DNA from: Myxococcota bacterium
GTDB lineage: Bacteria > Myxococcota_A > SURF-8 > G963663525
Direction: 5' to 3'
Length of the DNA stretch: 64,000 nucleotides
NCBI GenBank assembly: GCA_963676915.2
Contig: CAXXVK010000072.1
Coordinates: forward strand, 190,359-254,358
The stretch's first letter is position 1. Every line of letters begins with the position of its first letter. Made by a program: the position numbers and the translations under genes. Shown piece after piece: positions 41,911-51,346 of this stretch. The notes beneath the pieces were generated by a model that was given only the letters and a program-made list of their open reading frames with translations, was not told the DNA's origin and did not search any database.

Positions 41911-43788
41911 ATGAATACCAGCGTTCATCAGATGGACAAAAAGAAGGTGGCGGAACTCCGGCGCGAAACGGTCGCGAAACCCGTGATTTACGTCGGTTGG
42001 GGGACGTGCGGCCTTGGTGCGGGTGCTGCCTACACCATGAGCGCCATCGAGGATTTCCTCAAAGAAAAGGGAATCGATGCCGAAGTCGTCAAAGTCGGTT
42101 GCATCGGCATGTGCTCGGTCGAACCGATCGTGGACGTGCAATTTCCCGGTAAAACGCGCCTTTCCCTCAAGGGAGTTGTCCAGAAAAAGACTTCCGAGAT
42201 TATGGAAGCGGTGTTCGACGGCAACCTGCCTGCCGAAGAGTTCGTTTTCGGACAATTCGAGGCCGAAGGCGACCAGCAGCCGTGGGCGGACGTTCCTTTC
42301 CTCAAGGATCTTCCGTTTTTCAAGCCGCAAACACGTTTCGTGCTTGCCAACTGCGGTGTGATCGATCCGACATCGATCGATGAATACATGGCTCGGGGAG
42401 GATACGAAGCGTTGAAAAAGGCGCTTGATATCCCGCGTGAGGATTTGTGCGAGTCCGTGGAGAAAAGCGGATTGCGCGGACGTGGCGGTGGTGGATTCCC
42501 CGCCGGAACCAAGTGGAAACTTTCGCTAAAAAACGCTGCGGATCAAAAATACCTCGTTTGCAACGCTGACGAAGGCGATCCCGGTGCTTATATGGACCGT
42601 GCCGTGATCGAAGGCGATCCTCACCGCTTGTTGGAGGGCATGGGAATTGCGGCCTACGGTATCGGAGCGACCAAAGCCTACGTCTACATTCGTGCCGAAT
42701 ATCCGTTGGCTATCGAACGCCTTGTCATTGCCATCGACGAAGCCAAAAAGCACGGATTCCTCGGTGAAAACATCATGGGTTCGGGATTCGATCTCGATAT
42801 CTACGTCAAGATGGGTGCGGGAGCGTTCGTTTGCGGCGAGGAAACGGCCCTGATGCACAGCATCGAGGGGAAGCGCGGCGAACCCCGGCCTCGTCCGCCG
42901 TTCCCGGCGCAAAAAGGCGTTTTCGACAAGCCCACGATCATCAATAACGTCGAAACACTCGCCAACCTGCCGGATATCGTTCGTAACGGTGACGAATGGT
43001 TTGCTTCGGTGGGAACGTCTTCCAGCAAGGGAACGAAGGTGTTCGCCCTTTCCGGGAAAATCAAGAATACCGGCCTTGTGGAAGTCGCGATGGGAACCAC
43101 GATTCGTGAGATCATCGAGGACATCGGCGACGGCATTTTGGGAGGAAAAGCCTTCAAAGCCGTGCAGATGGGTGGACCTTCCGGCGGTTGCATCGATTCC
43201 GATCACATGGGGATCGAGATCGATTACGAGTCGCTGAAAACGGTTGGCGCGATGATGGGTTCGGGCGGCATGGTCGTCATGGATGAAGACAACTGTATGG
43301 TCGATGTGGCCAAGTTCTTCATGGACTTCATCCAGCGGGAAAGCTGCGGAAAATGCGTTCCCTGTCGCATCGGTACGAAACGGATGCTGGAAATTCTCGA
43401 AAACATCTGTTCGGGGAAATACAAACCCGAGGAGATGGACGAAGTGTTGAGTCGTCTGACGGATTTGGCTCAGACGACCGGCGATTCCAGCCTTTGCGGC
43501 TTGGGGCAGACGGCTCCCAATCCTGTATTGAGTACCATGCGCTGGTTCCGTCACGAATACGAAGCGCACATTCGGGACAGCAAATGTCCGGCTCTGGTCT
43601 GTAATCCGCTGATTACCTTTGGTATTGACGCGGACGCCTGTCGTGGCTGCTCTCTTTGTGCCAAGAAATGTCCTGCCGGGGCGATCACGGGTGAGAAGAA
43701 AAAGCCGCACGAAGTCAACCAGGCATTGTGCATTCGTTGCGGTAGTTGTTTCTCCACCTGCCGTTTCGGAGCGATTACGCGCACCTAG
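41911..43788 (+). CDS. NuoF/HydB-like FMN/NADH-binding subunit with extra N-terminal 2Fe-2S-like and C-terminal 2x[4Fe-4S] domains
   Basis: GLRGRGGGGFP, NADEGDPGAYMD, GAFVCGEETAL, GGPSGG, ESCGKCVPCR, CRGCSLCAKKCP and CIRCGSC. Confidence 0.92.
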   Translation: MNTSVHQMDKKKVAELRRETVAKPVIYVGWGTCGLGAGAAYTMSAIEDFLKEKGIDAEVVKVGCIGMCSVEPIVDVQFPGKTRLSLKGVVQKKTSEIMEAVFDGNLPAEEFVFGQFEAEGDQQPWADVPFLKDLPFFKPQTRFVLANCGVIDPTSIDEYMARGGYEALKKALDIPREDLCESVEKSGLRGRGGGGFPAGTKWKLSLKNAADQKYLVCNADEGDPGAYMDRAVIEGDPHRLLEGMGIAAYGIGATKAYVYIRAEYPLAIERLVIAIDEAKKHGFLGENIMGSGFDLDIYVKMGAGAFVCGEETALMHSIEGKRGEPRPRPPFPAQKGVFDKPTIINNVETLANLPDIVRNGDEWFASVGTSSSKGTKVFALSGKIKNTGLVEVAMGTTIREIIEDIGDGILGGKAFKAVQMGGPSGGCIDSDHMGIEIDYESLKTVGAMMGSGGMVVMDEDNCMVDVAKFFMDFIQRESCGKCVPCRIGTKRMLEILENICSGKYKPEEMDEVLSRLTDLAQTTGDSSLCGLGQTAPNPVLSTMRWFRHEYEAHIRDSKCPALVCNPLITFGIDADACRGCSLCAKKCPAGAITGEKKKPHEVNQALCIRCGSCFSTCRFGAITRT

Positions 43789-43816
43789 CTACAAACCGAA
43801 TTCTAGCGATACGGTC

Positions 43817-43843
43817 AAACCCGCCTTTCGAGGCGGGTTTTTT
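43817..43843 (+). terminator. Intrinsic terminator of the fdh operon
   Basis: AAACCCGCCT-TTCG-AGGCGGGTTTTTT. Confidence 0.85.
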
Positions 43844-43930
43844 CATGAGAAAACAATGGCAATTTGTTGGGAATTGTAAGGATTCCGAAGGAAATAAGGT
43901 GTTATTTTGGGGAAATGGAGAGGAAAGAAT

Positions 43931-44107
43931 AAAAAAACCCGCCTTGGCCGTGTGAACAAAGATTCTCAGCTCGGGTTATTTCAAGTGGGTACCGAAGAGA
44001 AGGCTTCAGGCGTCCCCAGTAGGGCTGCTCACGGCCATCCGCACGGTTCCCGAGCGAGTCTCATCGAGCGATTCAATACCTTGCCAACACGAACCAGGCA
44101 GGTGATA
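43931..44107 (-). ncRNA. ssrS: 6S RNA (probable)
   Basis: About 177 nt. The 5' ACCUGCCU...CGUGU pairs with the 3' ACACG...AGGCGGGU followed by a U tract; inner stem GCUCGGG/CCCGAGC. Contains GUUCG, GUGAGCA, GAAGCC and CCCACUUGAA segments reminiscent of 6S RNAs. Confidence 0.7.
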
Positions 44108-44111
44108 TCTA

Positions 44112-44141
44112 AAGGTAACGTACATGCCCGGTCGCTGTCAA
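44112..44141 (-). promoter_or_regulatory. Sigma-70 promoter for the 6S-like RNA
   Basis: TTGACA-N18-TACCTT directly upstream of the RNA's closing stem. Confidence 0.55.
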
Positions 44142-44222
44142 TCCCTTTTCCAGGAAAAAACATAGTGAAAGACATATGTTTTTGGTCTCAGGTCTTCGAA
44201 AAAACAGAAATCACTTGATTTA

Positions 44223-45896
44223 TCATTGGGTTAAGATTTCGGATAGCACCCTTCCTTCATTCAGCGTCGGCGGCAGAACGCGGGTGAGAAAGGCAATGGT
44301 AGGAGCAATATCCACCGCTTCGGCCGGTGTGGAATACACTCCCGGACGAATGCCTTGTCCGGCGAACATCAAAGGCACCGTAGCGTCGTAGGTGTAGCCC
44401 GTTATGTGTGTCGTTTCGTAGGCTTCATCGATGACATAAGGTTTAGGAATTGCGACGACATCTCCGCTACGACCTGGAAAATACGAATGACGGATCTGAC
44501 GTTCCCACATCAAACTCGGCAGGCGGTTTTTCAAGACATCGGAAGCGCTGAAAGCAAACAGAACGTTCTTGTTTCGAAGCAGAATGCGTTTGAGATCGTT
44601 TTCCAGATCTTCGATACTTATTCCTTTGGATATGGTGGCTTCTTTGTTGAGGAAGAAATTGAAATCTTTGGAATACACGATCCACTCCCCATTCTCCGGG
44701 ATGCCGTGCAAAGTCTGCAAGGAGTTTTCGGCGTCTTGCTGGAGTTTCTTTTCGTCTAGCACTGCCGCTTCGAAGCCTTTCGATTTCAGGTATTTGGGGG
44801 TTGGAGCCACACCGTGATCTCCTGTCAGAACCACGAGGACATTGTCCAGTCCACCGGGAACCGATCGATCGATTTCGGTAAACAGTTCGGACAACATGAC
44901 ATCCAGGTGGAAGGTCAATGCTTCCATTTCGCAACGATTCGGACCGATATCGTGCCCAAGATAGTCGTGGACGGAGAAACTCACCGCGAGGAGGTCTGTT
45001 GCCTCACGATTGCCCAATTCGTAGGATTTCAAGGCTTCCAGAGCGGCTTTTTGGGTCAACTCATTGCCGGCAGGTCCGAAAAGCGCTTCTTTGCCATTGC
45101 TCTTATAGGTTTTCGAAAAGCTGGCCGTTCCGTCGTCGGAATATTCGCAGAGCACGGATTCGTTGCTCCAGTGGTGGGTTTCTCCACGATGCTTGTCTAG
45201 ATCGGCGTTTTGACGCGCCACCCATGAGGGAAGGGCACCCTCCGGGCAGTACAAACGGCTCGACACCCAGTGAAACGTTTTTTTGTCGAACCATATGGCG
45301 GCGTCGGCGCGGGTTCCACCCATCAGAATTGCGGCCCGGTCCTTAATCGAAATCGATACGACTCGGCTTTTTCCTCCAGCGTTTTTCAGTTCATCGCCAA
45401 TGGTCGAACCCAGCAGGTTCAGCGGTCCGGTACCGACGTTCGGCCCTTCGCCTGTCGTTCCTACGAGAGAAAAACGTTCGTCTCCGACAGCGTACATGGG
45501 ACTGCGGTTTTCCGCATCATACCATTTGTTGAGAGGAATCCCGCTCCGATAGGGATACGCTCCGCTTGCCAGTGTGGCATGACCCGGTCCGGTCATGGCC
45601 TGCATGACATCGTGTCGAGCGAAAGGATAATACGCACCTTGTTCCATAAGGTAGCGGAATCCACCAGGTTTGCCGTCGAGACTTCTTGCCGGGAGAAAGT
45701 GTTCCCTGTATCGTAACAGGTAATCGGCGCGGAACTGATCGACCACCAGCAATACAATCAGCCGTGGGGAGGAAAGAAAGCTATCTTCGTTGGTTTCCGT
45801 TTTCGTACAAGAGATACTGCTCAGCACCGCCAGAAACAGTAACAAGCCAAAAGTGAAAAAAGATGTTCTTTGGTGCTTTTTTGGGTGAATTTTCAT
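44223..45896 (-). CDS. Alkaline phosphatase superfamily lipoprotein (PafA/PhoK-like, Thr nucleophile)
   Basis: VVDQFR.D, TGPGHAT, S.KDRAAI, D.LGH, TGDHG and HITGY.YD. Confidence 0.88.
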   Translation of the reverse strand: MKIHPKKHQRTSFFTFGLLLFLAVLSSISCTKTETNEDSFLSSPRLIVLLVVDQFRADYLLRYREHFLPARSLDGKPGGFRYLMEQGAYYPFARHDVMQAMTGPGHATLASGAYPYRSGIPLNKWYDAENRSPMYAVGDERFSLVGTTGEGPNVGTGPLNLLGSTIGDELKNAGGKSRVVSISIKDRAAILMGGTRADAAIWFDKKTFHWVSSRLYCPEGALPSWVARQNADLDKHRGETHHWSNESVLCEYSDDGTASFSKTYKSNGKEALFGPAGNELTQKAALEALKSYELGNREATDLLAVSFSVHDYLGHDIGPNRCEMEALTFHLDVMLSELFTEIDRSVPGGLDNVLVVLTGDHGVAPTPKYLKSKGFEAAVLDEKKLQQDAENSLQTLHGIPENGEWIVYSKDFNFFLNKEATISKGISIEDLENDLKRILLRNKNVLFAFSASDVLKNRLPSLMWERQIRHSYFPGRSGDVVAIPKPYVIDEAYETTHITGYTYDATVPLMFAGQGIRPGVYSTPAEAVDIAPTIAFLTRVLPPTLNEGRVLSEILTQ

Positions 45897-46015
45897 ACTA
45901 TTTCTCCATACCCAATGGAGTCTGGAATCAAATGGTTTTCAATTCGCTATTCTCAACGATGGCGAATATATTTGTCATTAGAAAACAGCTAAAACTGTAG
46001 ATGAGGTTTCGTTGT

Positions 46016-46759
46016 TTATTCCAATTCAATGCGGTTCATGCAGGCCAGATAGGCTGGACAACCTTCCCGCTCCAGGCATTCCATCTCGGGATCATTCGGA
46101 GTGATTCCGTTGCCGACGTGTCGGCTGCACCGTTGCAGGCAGGTCAGGTCGTCCATTTCGTCGAGATCCGAGCGGCATTCGCTTTCTCGGTGGCAGAGAT
46201 CCCGGCAGAGTTGAACGTGAACGGCTTCCTGGTTTTCCAGAGGCGGCGAGACGGAAATATACCATTTGGAAGGTATACCGATGAGATCATTGCTTGTTGC
46301 CAGGAAAAACTGAACCAAGTAAAGCTGGTCGGAGAAATCTACGTTCGAGGAAAAGAAGCCGGACAATGGCACCAAGATTTGCCCGTCCACGTAAGGAATC
46401 GGTTCGACAGGAATAGACGCTATACCTTCGGCTCCCTGCACGGCAACAAATACGTGGGTAATGCGTTCGGGAAACACGAAATCGCTGACCAACACCACTT
46501 CGAAAGGCTGGTCGGGAGTTAGACGTTCGGGAAAGAAAATGTCGGTGATTTGAGGGGCGTAGAAGCTGTTTGAACCGGTAGGGACTGACCTTTCGATGCA
46601 GTCCGTATTCTCGAAACCGAAAGCGCGCAAAAACTCGGTTTCGAGCGTTTCATCTTCGCCGATTTCAAGAAGATCACTGTCGACGCAAGACAAAACAAAA
46701 CACCACATTCCCAGAAGAAAACATTGTACGATCGTTTTTGACAGGGAAAAACGGTGCAT
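46016..46759 (-). CDS. Hypothetical lipoprotein with Cys-rich C-terminus
   Basis: Lipobox VLSC; C-terminal CxxxCxxxxxC...CxxxC...C pattern. Confidence 0.55.
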   Translation of the reverse strand: MHRFSLSKTIVQCFLLGMWCFVLSCVDSDLLEIGEDETLETEFLRAFGFENTDCIERSVPTGSNSFYAPQITDIFFPERLTPDQPFEVVLVSDFVFPERITHVFVAVQGAEGIASIPVEPIPYVDGQILVPLSGFFSSNVDFSDQLYLVQFFLATSNDLIGIPSKWYISVSPPLENQEAVHVQLCRDLCHRESECRSDLDEMDDLTCLQRCSRHVGNGITPNDPEMECLEREGCPAYLACMNRIELE

Positions 46760-46767
46760 TGCAGAAC

Positions 46768-46794
46768 AAGAAACGGGCGGGAAGACCCCGCCCG
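46768..46794 (-). terminator. Probable terminator downstream of dsrD
   Basis: Minus strand CGGGCGGG-gtctt-CCCGCCCG followed by TTTCTT. Confidence 0.6.
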
Positions 46795-46812
46795 AATATA
46801 TCTCGGAACGTC

Positions 46813-47043
46813 TTATTGATCGAGCTGGTCGTAAATCGACTTCAGCATGACGTAGGTGGTGCTTCCGCTGGACCAGTAAGCCAGGCGTTCGTCGTCAACC
46901 AACTCTTTCAAAGCCGTTTTGACTTCGCGCTTTTTAATGTCGGAAAACTGCTTGGTCACGGCGCTGACGTACATTTTCTGCTGCTTTTCTTTTTTTGACT
47001 CAAACCATTCGATGATTTTGTCTTTCAGCTCTGCATCTGCCAT
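46813..47043 (-). CDS. dsrD: Dissimilatory sulfite reductase protein D (DsrD) homolog
   Basis: 76 aa with an AGGAG SD. K.K.Y...F.D.K.REVK..L..LV.DE.L.YWSSGSTT matches the DsrD winged-helix signature as recalled for Desulfovibrio DsrD. Confidence 0.85.
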   Translation of the reverse strand: MADAELKDKIIEWFESKKEKQQKMYVSAVTKQFSDIKKREVKTALKELVDDERLAYWSSGSTTYVMLKSIYDQLDQ

Positions 47044-47399
47044 TTTAGGCTCCTTTGGGAGAGAGGAATGAAACACCTACGTGCAAAAGAATTACTCCTT
47101 CTACGACTAGATGTCAAGCCTTGTCTCGACCGGGAAAAGGGGAATTCGCGCAAAGGAGACGAAATGTAATCGCAAACGTAGGTTTTGGAGAAATACGTAA
47201 TTGTTTTCGCTTGCAGAATCCCTTGATTTTGATTGTCGAGATCCATTGCTACCGAAGAGATTCCTTTCCTTGACCCTGGGAAAAGGGACGACTACAATAT
47301 TTTCACATCCCGATCTATTGGTTTTGCCAAAGGATTGGGAGTTTCAACGAAATACCATTTGCCTCGGAATGTCCGGGGTAGGAAAAACCGGAGTTCGCC

Positions 47400-48602
47400 A
47401 TGTCTCGAACGACCAAAAATGCGGTGTTGCTGCTTTTCCTCTCTTTGTGCCTGCTGATTTTCGGTGGAGTATGGAGTTGTGTAGAGGATGACGGCGGTTC
47501 TGGTGGGACTGGGACCGGATGTACCAGCAGCAGCGATTGTGTAACGGGAATGCGTTGTCTTGGAGGGATTTGCACGGCCAACACCTGCGAAACCAGTTCC
47601 AACTGTTTTTCGGGAGAAATCTGCATGGCTTATGCGGGGAACGTATCTCAACGTTGCGTTCCATCCTGCGATACGAGCAACGATTGCGAGGCGGATCATC
47701 GTTGCAAAAACGGTGGATGCACCTCGATTCAGTGCTCTCGTGAGGGAGAATGTCTGGTGGGGGAATACTGCGCCGCCATCGGTATTTGTACCGTAGAGGG
47801 GGAAGATCCTGACGGCGATGTGGAGGACAGCCGTTATTGTATTCCCGATCAAACCCGCTGTACGACAGACAACACGGGGACGGATATCTGCGTCGAAGAG
47901 GGCGATTCCCAACGTTGGGTTTTCAACGAGATTTGTGCGGCAGGTTGCGACGAGGACGAAGGCATTTGCTTCGGTGGTGATGACGATGGGGATGAAGGCG
48001 AAGAGTCGGATACGATGGGCTGCACACCTCCGCAACAACGGTGCCGCGACAACGCGATAGAGGTTTGTACGTTGGAAGAAGGATACTCCCATTATCACGA
48101 TTGCAACGACAACGAAGAATGTCAGGTCAACAGTTCGACTGGTGTGGCAGAATGCATTGAAGTGATTTCATGCGATCCGGGAGCAAGAGAATGTTTCGGT
48201 TCGGATCAATACCGAAAATGCGTTTCTAACGGTGACGGATGGGATTACATCGAATGCGATGTAGGACAGGAATGCAAAAGCGGATATTGCATGGCTATCA
48301 CCAATTGCACGAAGAATCGGGTCCGTTGCAATGAAAGTAACAACGCTGAAAAATGCGACGGATTGAATTGGAACGAGTACCTCTGGTGCGATGCAAACGA
48401 TGGGGAAAGCTGTGTGGCGCAAAATCCCGTCAATGGTGAATACACCAGCGCTTATTGTGATCGCGAAGCCGTTTGTATTCCGATATTCGAGAGCCGCTGT
48501 TCGGGCAATACCGCGCAAATCTGTAACGGTGATGGCTACGGCTGGACCGACGTGGAAACCTGCGTGTCTCCTGAAACCTGCGTGAACGGTGCTTGTCAGT
48601 AA
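47400..48602 (+). CDS. Cys-rich repeat lipoprotein
   Basis: Lipobox VWSC; C..xxDC..G..C..G.C repeats followed by C.P...RC......C...G..W.....C repeats. Confidence 0.75.
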   Translation: MSRTTKNAVLLLFLSLCLLIFGGVWSCVEDDGGSGGTGTGCTSSSDCVTGMRCLGGICTANTCETSSNCFSGEICMAYAGNVSQRCVPSCDTSNDCEADHRCKNGGCTSIQCSREGECLVGEYCAAIGICTVEGEDPDGDVEDSRYCIPDQTRCTTDNTGTDICVEEGDSQRWVFNEICAAGCDEDEGICFGGDDDGDEGEESDTMGCTPPQQRCRDNAIEVCTLEEGYSHYHDCNDNEECQVNSSTGVAECIEVISCDPGARECFGSDQYRKCVSNGDGWDYIECDVGQECKSGYCMAITNCTKNRVRCNESNNAEKCDGLNWNEYLWCDANDGESCVAQNPVNGEYTSAYCDREAVCIPIFESRCSGNTAQICNGDGYGWTDVETCVSPETCVNGACQ

Positions 48603-48621
48603 GTAGAAGATAAGGATAGTC

Positions 48622-49494
48622 ATGGATTATGTAGGCAATATTTTTCGTCCGCCTTCCGAAGCGTATTCGATGCTCGTGCAAATTACCACGGGATGTTCAC
48701 ACAATGATTGCACGTTCTGTGCAATGTACAAAGATAAGTCGTTTCGTATCAAACCCTGGGAAACGGTTAAAAAGGATCTCGACGAAGCCTTGTCGATTCC
48801 CACCGCCAAGCGGATTTTCCTGTGTGACGGCGATGCCCTGGTGCTGAGTACTCGGCGTCTGCTCCAGGTTCTCCAGTATATCCAGGAACACGGTCCTCAC
48901 GTCGAGCGCGTCGGCATTTACGGCGACCCCATTTCCATCCGGCATAAATCACAAAGTGAAATCCAGGAGTTGGCGGATGCCGGGTTGAAAATCGTTTACC
49001 ACGGTCTCGAAACAGGCGACGACGAGTTGCTGGTCAAAATACAAAAAGGCTCGACTGCTCAGGATTCCATCGAGATGGCCGAAAAACTTCGTGCTGCCGG
49101 GATCGAGCATTCGGTGATCGTGTTATTGGGACTGGCCGGGGTGGAAGGCTCCGAGCGTCATGCTCGTAAAACGGCGGAAGTGCTGACCAAAATGGACCCG
49201 CGTTATGTCGGAGCATTGACCTTGACGCTGGTTCCAGGAACACCGATTTTCGAAGAACACGCCGCTGGGCGTTTCGAGTTGCCGGACAAGTTCGGTTTTC
49301 TGAAAGAATTACGGACGCTTCTTGCGGAATCGTCGTTTACTCGTTGTCGGTTTTCATCCAATCACGCGTCCAATTACCTGCCGATTCGGGCCGATCTTCC
49401 TGAAGAAAAAGAGGCTTTGCTTTCTTTGCTGGATGATGTCATCGCCAAGGCAGACGAAAACATGCTGCGTCCGGAGTGGTCACGAGGGTTGTAA
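48622..49494 (+). CDS. Radical SAM protein (RPPSEA subfamily)
   Basis: IFRPPSEA...GCSHNDCTFCAMY (CxxxCxxC), FL.DGDAL, GLETG and SNHASNYL. Confidence 0.88.
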   Translation: MDYVGNIFRPPSEAYSMLVQITTGCSHNDCTFCAMYKDKSFRIKPWETVKKDLDEALSIPTAKRIFLCDGDALVLSTRRLLQVLQYIQEHGPHVERVGIYGDPISIRHKSQSEIQELADAGLKIVYHGLETGDDELLVKIQKGSTAQDSIEMAEKLRAAGIEHSVIVLLGLAGVEGSERHARKTAEVLTKMDPRYVGALTLTLVPGTPIFEEHAAGRFELPDKFGFLKELRTLLAESSFTRCRFSSNHASNYLPIRADLPEEKEALLSLLDDVIAKADENMLRPEWSRGL

Positions 49495-49524
49495 ATACGC
49501 AGTCGATCGAGACGATAGCATTAT

Positions 49525-49683
49525 GTAGGTCGGGCTAATTTTTAGCCCGACACCAGGCAAAACCCCACTTTGAATAAATTTTTCGTCTATAACTTATTGA
49601 AATTATTAAAGCTCAAAAACGACAAAACCACTTTGTCAGCAAACTGACAAAGTGGCATTGTCGGGCAAGAAATTTGCCCGACC
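49525..49683. repeat. Inverted pair of GTAG-type REP palindromes (REPIN-like) with an internal hairpin
   Basis: GTAGGTCGGGCtaatttttaGCCCGACA (49525-49552), an inverted copy TGTCGGGCaagaaatttGCCCGACC (49659-49683) and an inner stem CCACTTTGTCAG/CTGACAAAGTGG. Confidence 0.75.
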
Positions 49684-49764
49684 GCGAGAGATGTTTTCGA
49701 TACTTGATAACGAAATGCCATAAATACGACGTAGGATTGAAGCGATACAACCTGCCAAAATGTG

Positions 49765-51300
49765 TCAGGGTGTGAAGACTTCGATCATCGTGCGAATTTC
49801 CGCTTCGATTTCGTCCGGGTAGGCCGAGTCCTCAGCGCTCTCATCGGATGTTGGAAGTCCCCCGCCCAATAACACGACATTGCCGTTGGCCAGTCCTGCG
49901 GTTGTCATCTCCGCTCGTGGGAAAGCCATCTCAAGACGTTCGATTCTCCCAAAATCTCCGTTGGCATCGTAGGCTAGTCGATCGCAGGAACGCGCCGCTT
50001 CCATGCCGTCGTCTTCGGGTTGTCCTCCACAGGCCAGCAGATCGGCCTCTTCAGTCAAAGTAACCGAAGGATTGCTTCGTTTCGAGGAGAGCAGATCCTC
50101 AATGATTTCGACGGCACTGCAGGAAGACTCCAGGCAGGAGTGTGAATACAGCAGCCCGGCAGTGGTCTCCCCGCCTCCGACGAACAGTACCTTGCCTTGT
50201 CCCATGGCTTGCGCCGTTACCCCTGAAACGTTTGGCCAATCGACGGTCAAAGAGGTTATTGCAAGAGTTTCGTTGTCTATAAATGAAACCGTGGGCTTTT
50301 CGCTATCCGCATCGATTCCCAAGACGACGGCCCCGAGCCAGGAGTCCATATAAACTGGAGCGCAGGCCAAAACTTCAAAGCCCTCGGGAAGACTCGATAT
50401 TTCCGTCATGCGGCTTGACCCTGCTTCGATTTGCCAGATATCGTTCAATGGGGTGGTTCGTTCGGAGTCTGCGTACCCTCCGAACAACAAAGCGGTGCCG
50501 TCACCCGTCTGGGCCAGGCAGGGAGCCAATCGGGCGTCGAAACTTCCTTCTGCTTCTACAGAACGCACTACTGCGGAATCGTAGCTGTCCAAAATATAGA
50601 CCGTATCCAAAAGGCTTTCGGTGCCGGAGACGCGCTGCCGCCCGCCAGAAACCACGATGGCATGGCTGTTGATAGCCGAAACGGCATGATCCACCATGCC
50701 GTTTCCCAGTTGCACGGCTTCTCCGTCCAATGTGGTCAACAGACCAACCGTCCAGGTCAGGGGCGAAAAGATTTCCACATTCGCAACCGTGTCGGCCAAT
50801 TCATCCGAACGTGATTGTCCGCCGACGATCAGAACGTCCAGGCTGTTGGGTAGACCGAGTTTTGCTCCGACGCGTCCGTGAACCAGTTTCAGCGGTGCGG
50901 TACTGATGCTCGATGAGGACGCAAAGTACAAGGCGCGGTTGGCTGAGAATTGAAGTTCCGGGTTGGATGCCAGACTTGTTCCCCAAGCTACTCTTTGGTT
51001 TGTGGCGTCAAAACCTTCGATCTTCAAGACCAGTTCAGGCAGCATGTCGATGCGTCCCGAGAGAAAAGAAAACTCGTCCAGATCCGAGCCGGTATAATCG
51101 CGTACAGATGCATTTTCCGGTTCGGCAGGATCGTACAGGGTATAGCGTAGTCGAGTGACGTTCTGCATCGGGTCGTCATCGCTGGGGAGAACGATTTCGA
51201 AATCGGCGTAGATATCCTGGGCTTCCTCGCAGCCCATCGACAGGCACGATAGTCCGACGATCCCCGCCATGATCGATATAAATGTAGTCAACGTTCGCAT
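49765..51300 (-). CDS. Kelch-like beta-propeller lipoprotein
   Basis: Lipobox SMGC; repeated hydrophobic-GG motifs (LIVGG, VVSGG, LLFGG, LFVGG, LACGG, VLLGG). Confidence 0.72.
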   Translation of the reverse strand: MRTLTTFISIMAGIVGLSCLSMGCEEAQDIYADFEIVLPSDDDPMQNVTRLRYTLYDPAEPENASVRDYTGSDLDEFSFLSGRIDMLPELVLKIEGFDATNQRVAWGTSLASNPELQFSANRALYFASSSSISTAPLKLVHGRVGAKLGLPNSLDVLIVGGQSRSDELADTVANVEIFSPLTWTVGLLTTLDGEAVQLGNGMVDHAVSAINSHAIVVSGGRQRVSGTESLLDTVYILDSYDSAVVRSVEAEGSFDARLAPCLAQTGDGTALLFGGYADSERTTPLNDIWQIEAGSSRMTEISSLPEGFEVLACAPVYMDSWLGAVVLGIDADSEKPTVSFIDNETLAITSLTVDWPNVSGVTAQAMGQGKVLFVGGGETTAGLLYSHSCLESSCSAVEIIEDLLSSKRSNPSVTLTEEADLLACGGQPEDDGMEAARSCDRLAYDANGDFGRIERLEMAFPRAEMTTAGLANGNVVLLGGGLPTSDESAEDSAYPDEIEAEIRTMIEVFTP

Positions 51301-51346
51301 AGGATTTCCCGGTTCTTTCCGAGCTGTTTTTAGAAAATGGAAGGTT

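Noticed and set aside
22606-43710. Long antisense ORFs (e.g. 22606-23709, 30559-31491, 32059-33144, 39126-40154, 42526-43710)
   Set aside because: They are shadow frames opposite well-supported genes and carry no motifs of their own.
41436-43788. Respiratory complex I nuoEF or an [FeFe]-hydrogenase
   Set aside because: No other nuo genes and no H-cluster motifs; the genes are in an operon with the FDH.
48622-49494. Radical SAM protein as the missing GRE activase
   Set aside because: It lacks the GRE-activase pattern (GCPLRCxWCxNPE-like), has an RPPSEA N-terminus typical of another subfamily, and lies 20 kb away.
49525-49683. CRISPR array or IS ends
   Set aside because: Only inverted pairs of palindromes are present, with no regularly spaced direct repeats, cas genes or transposase.
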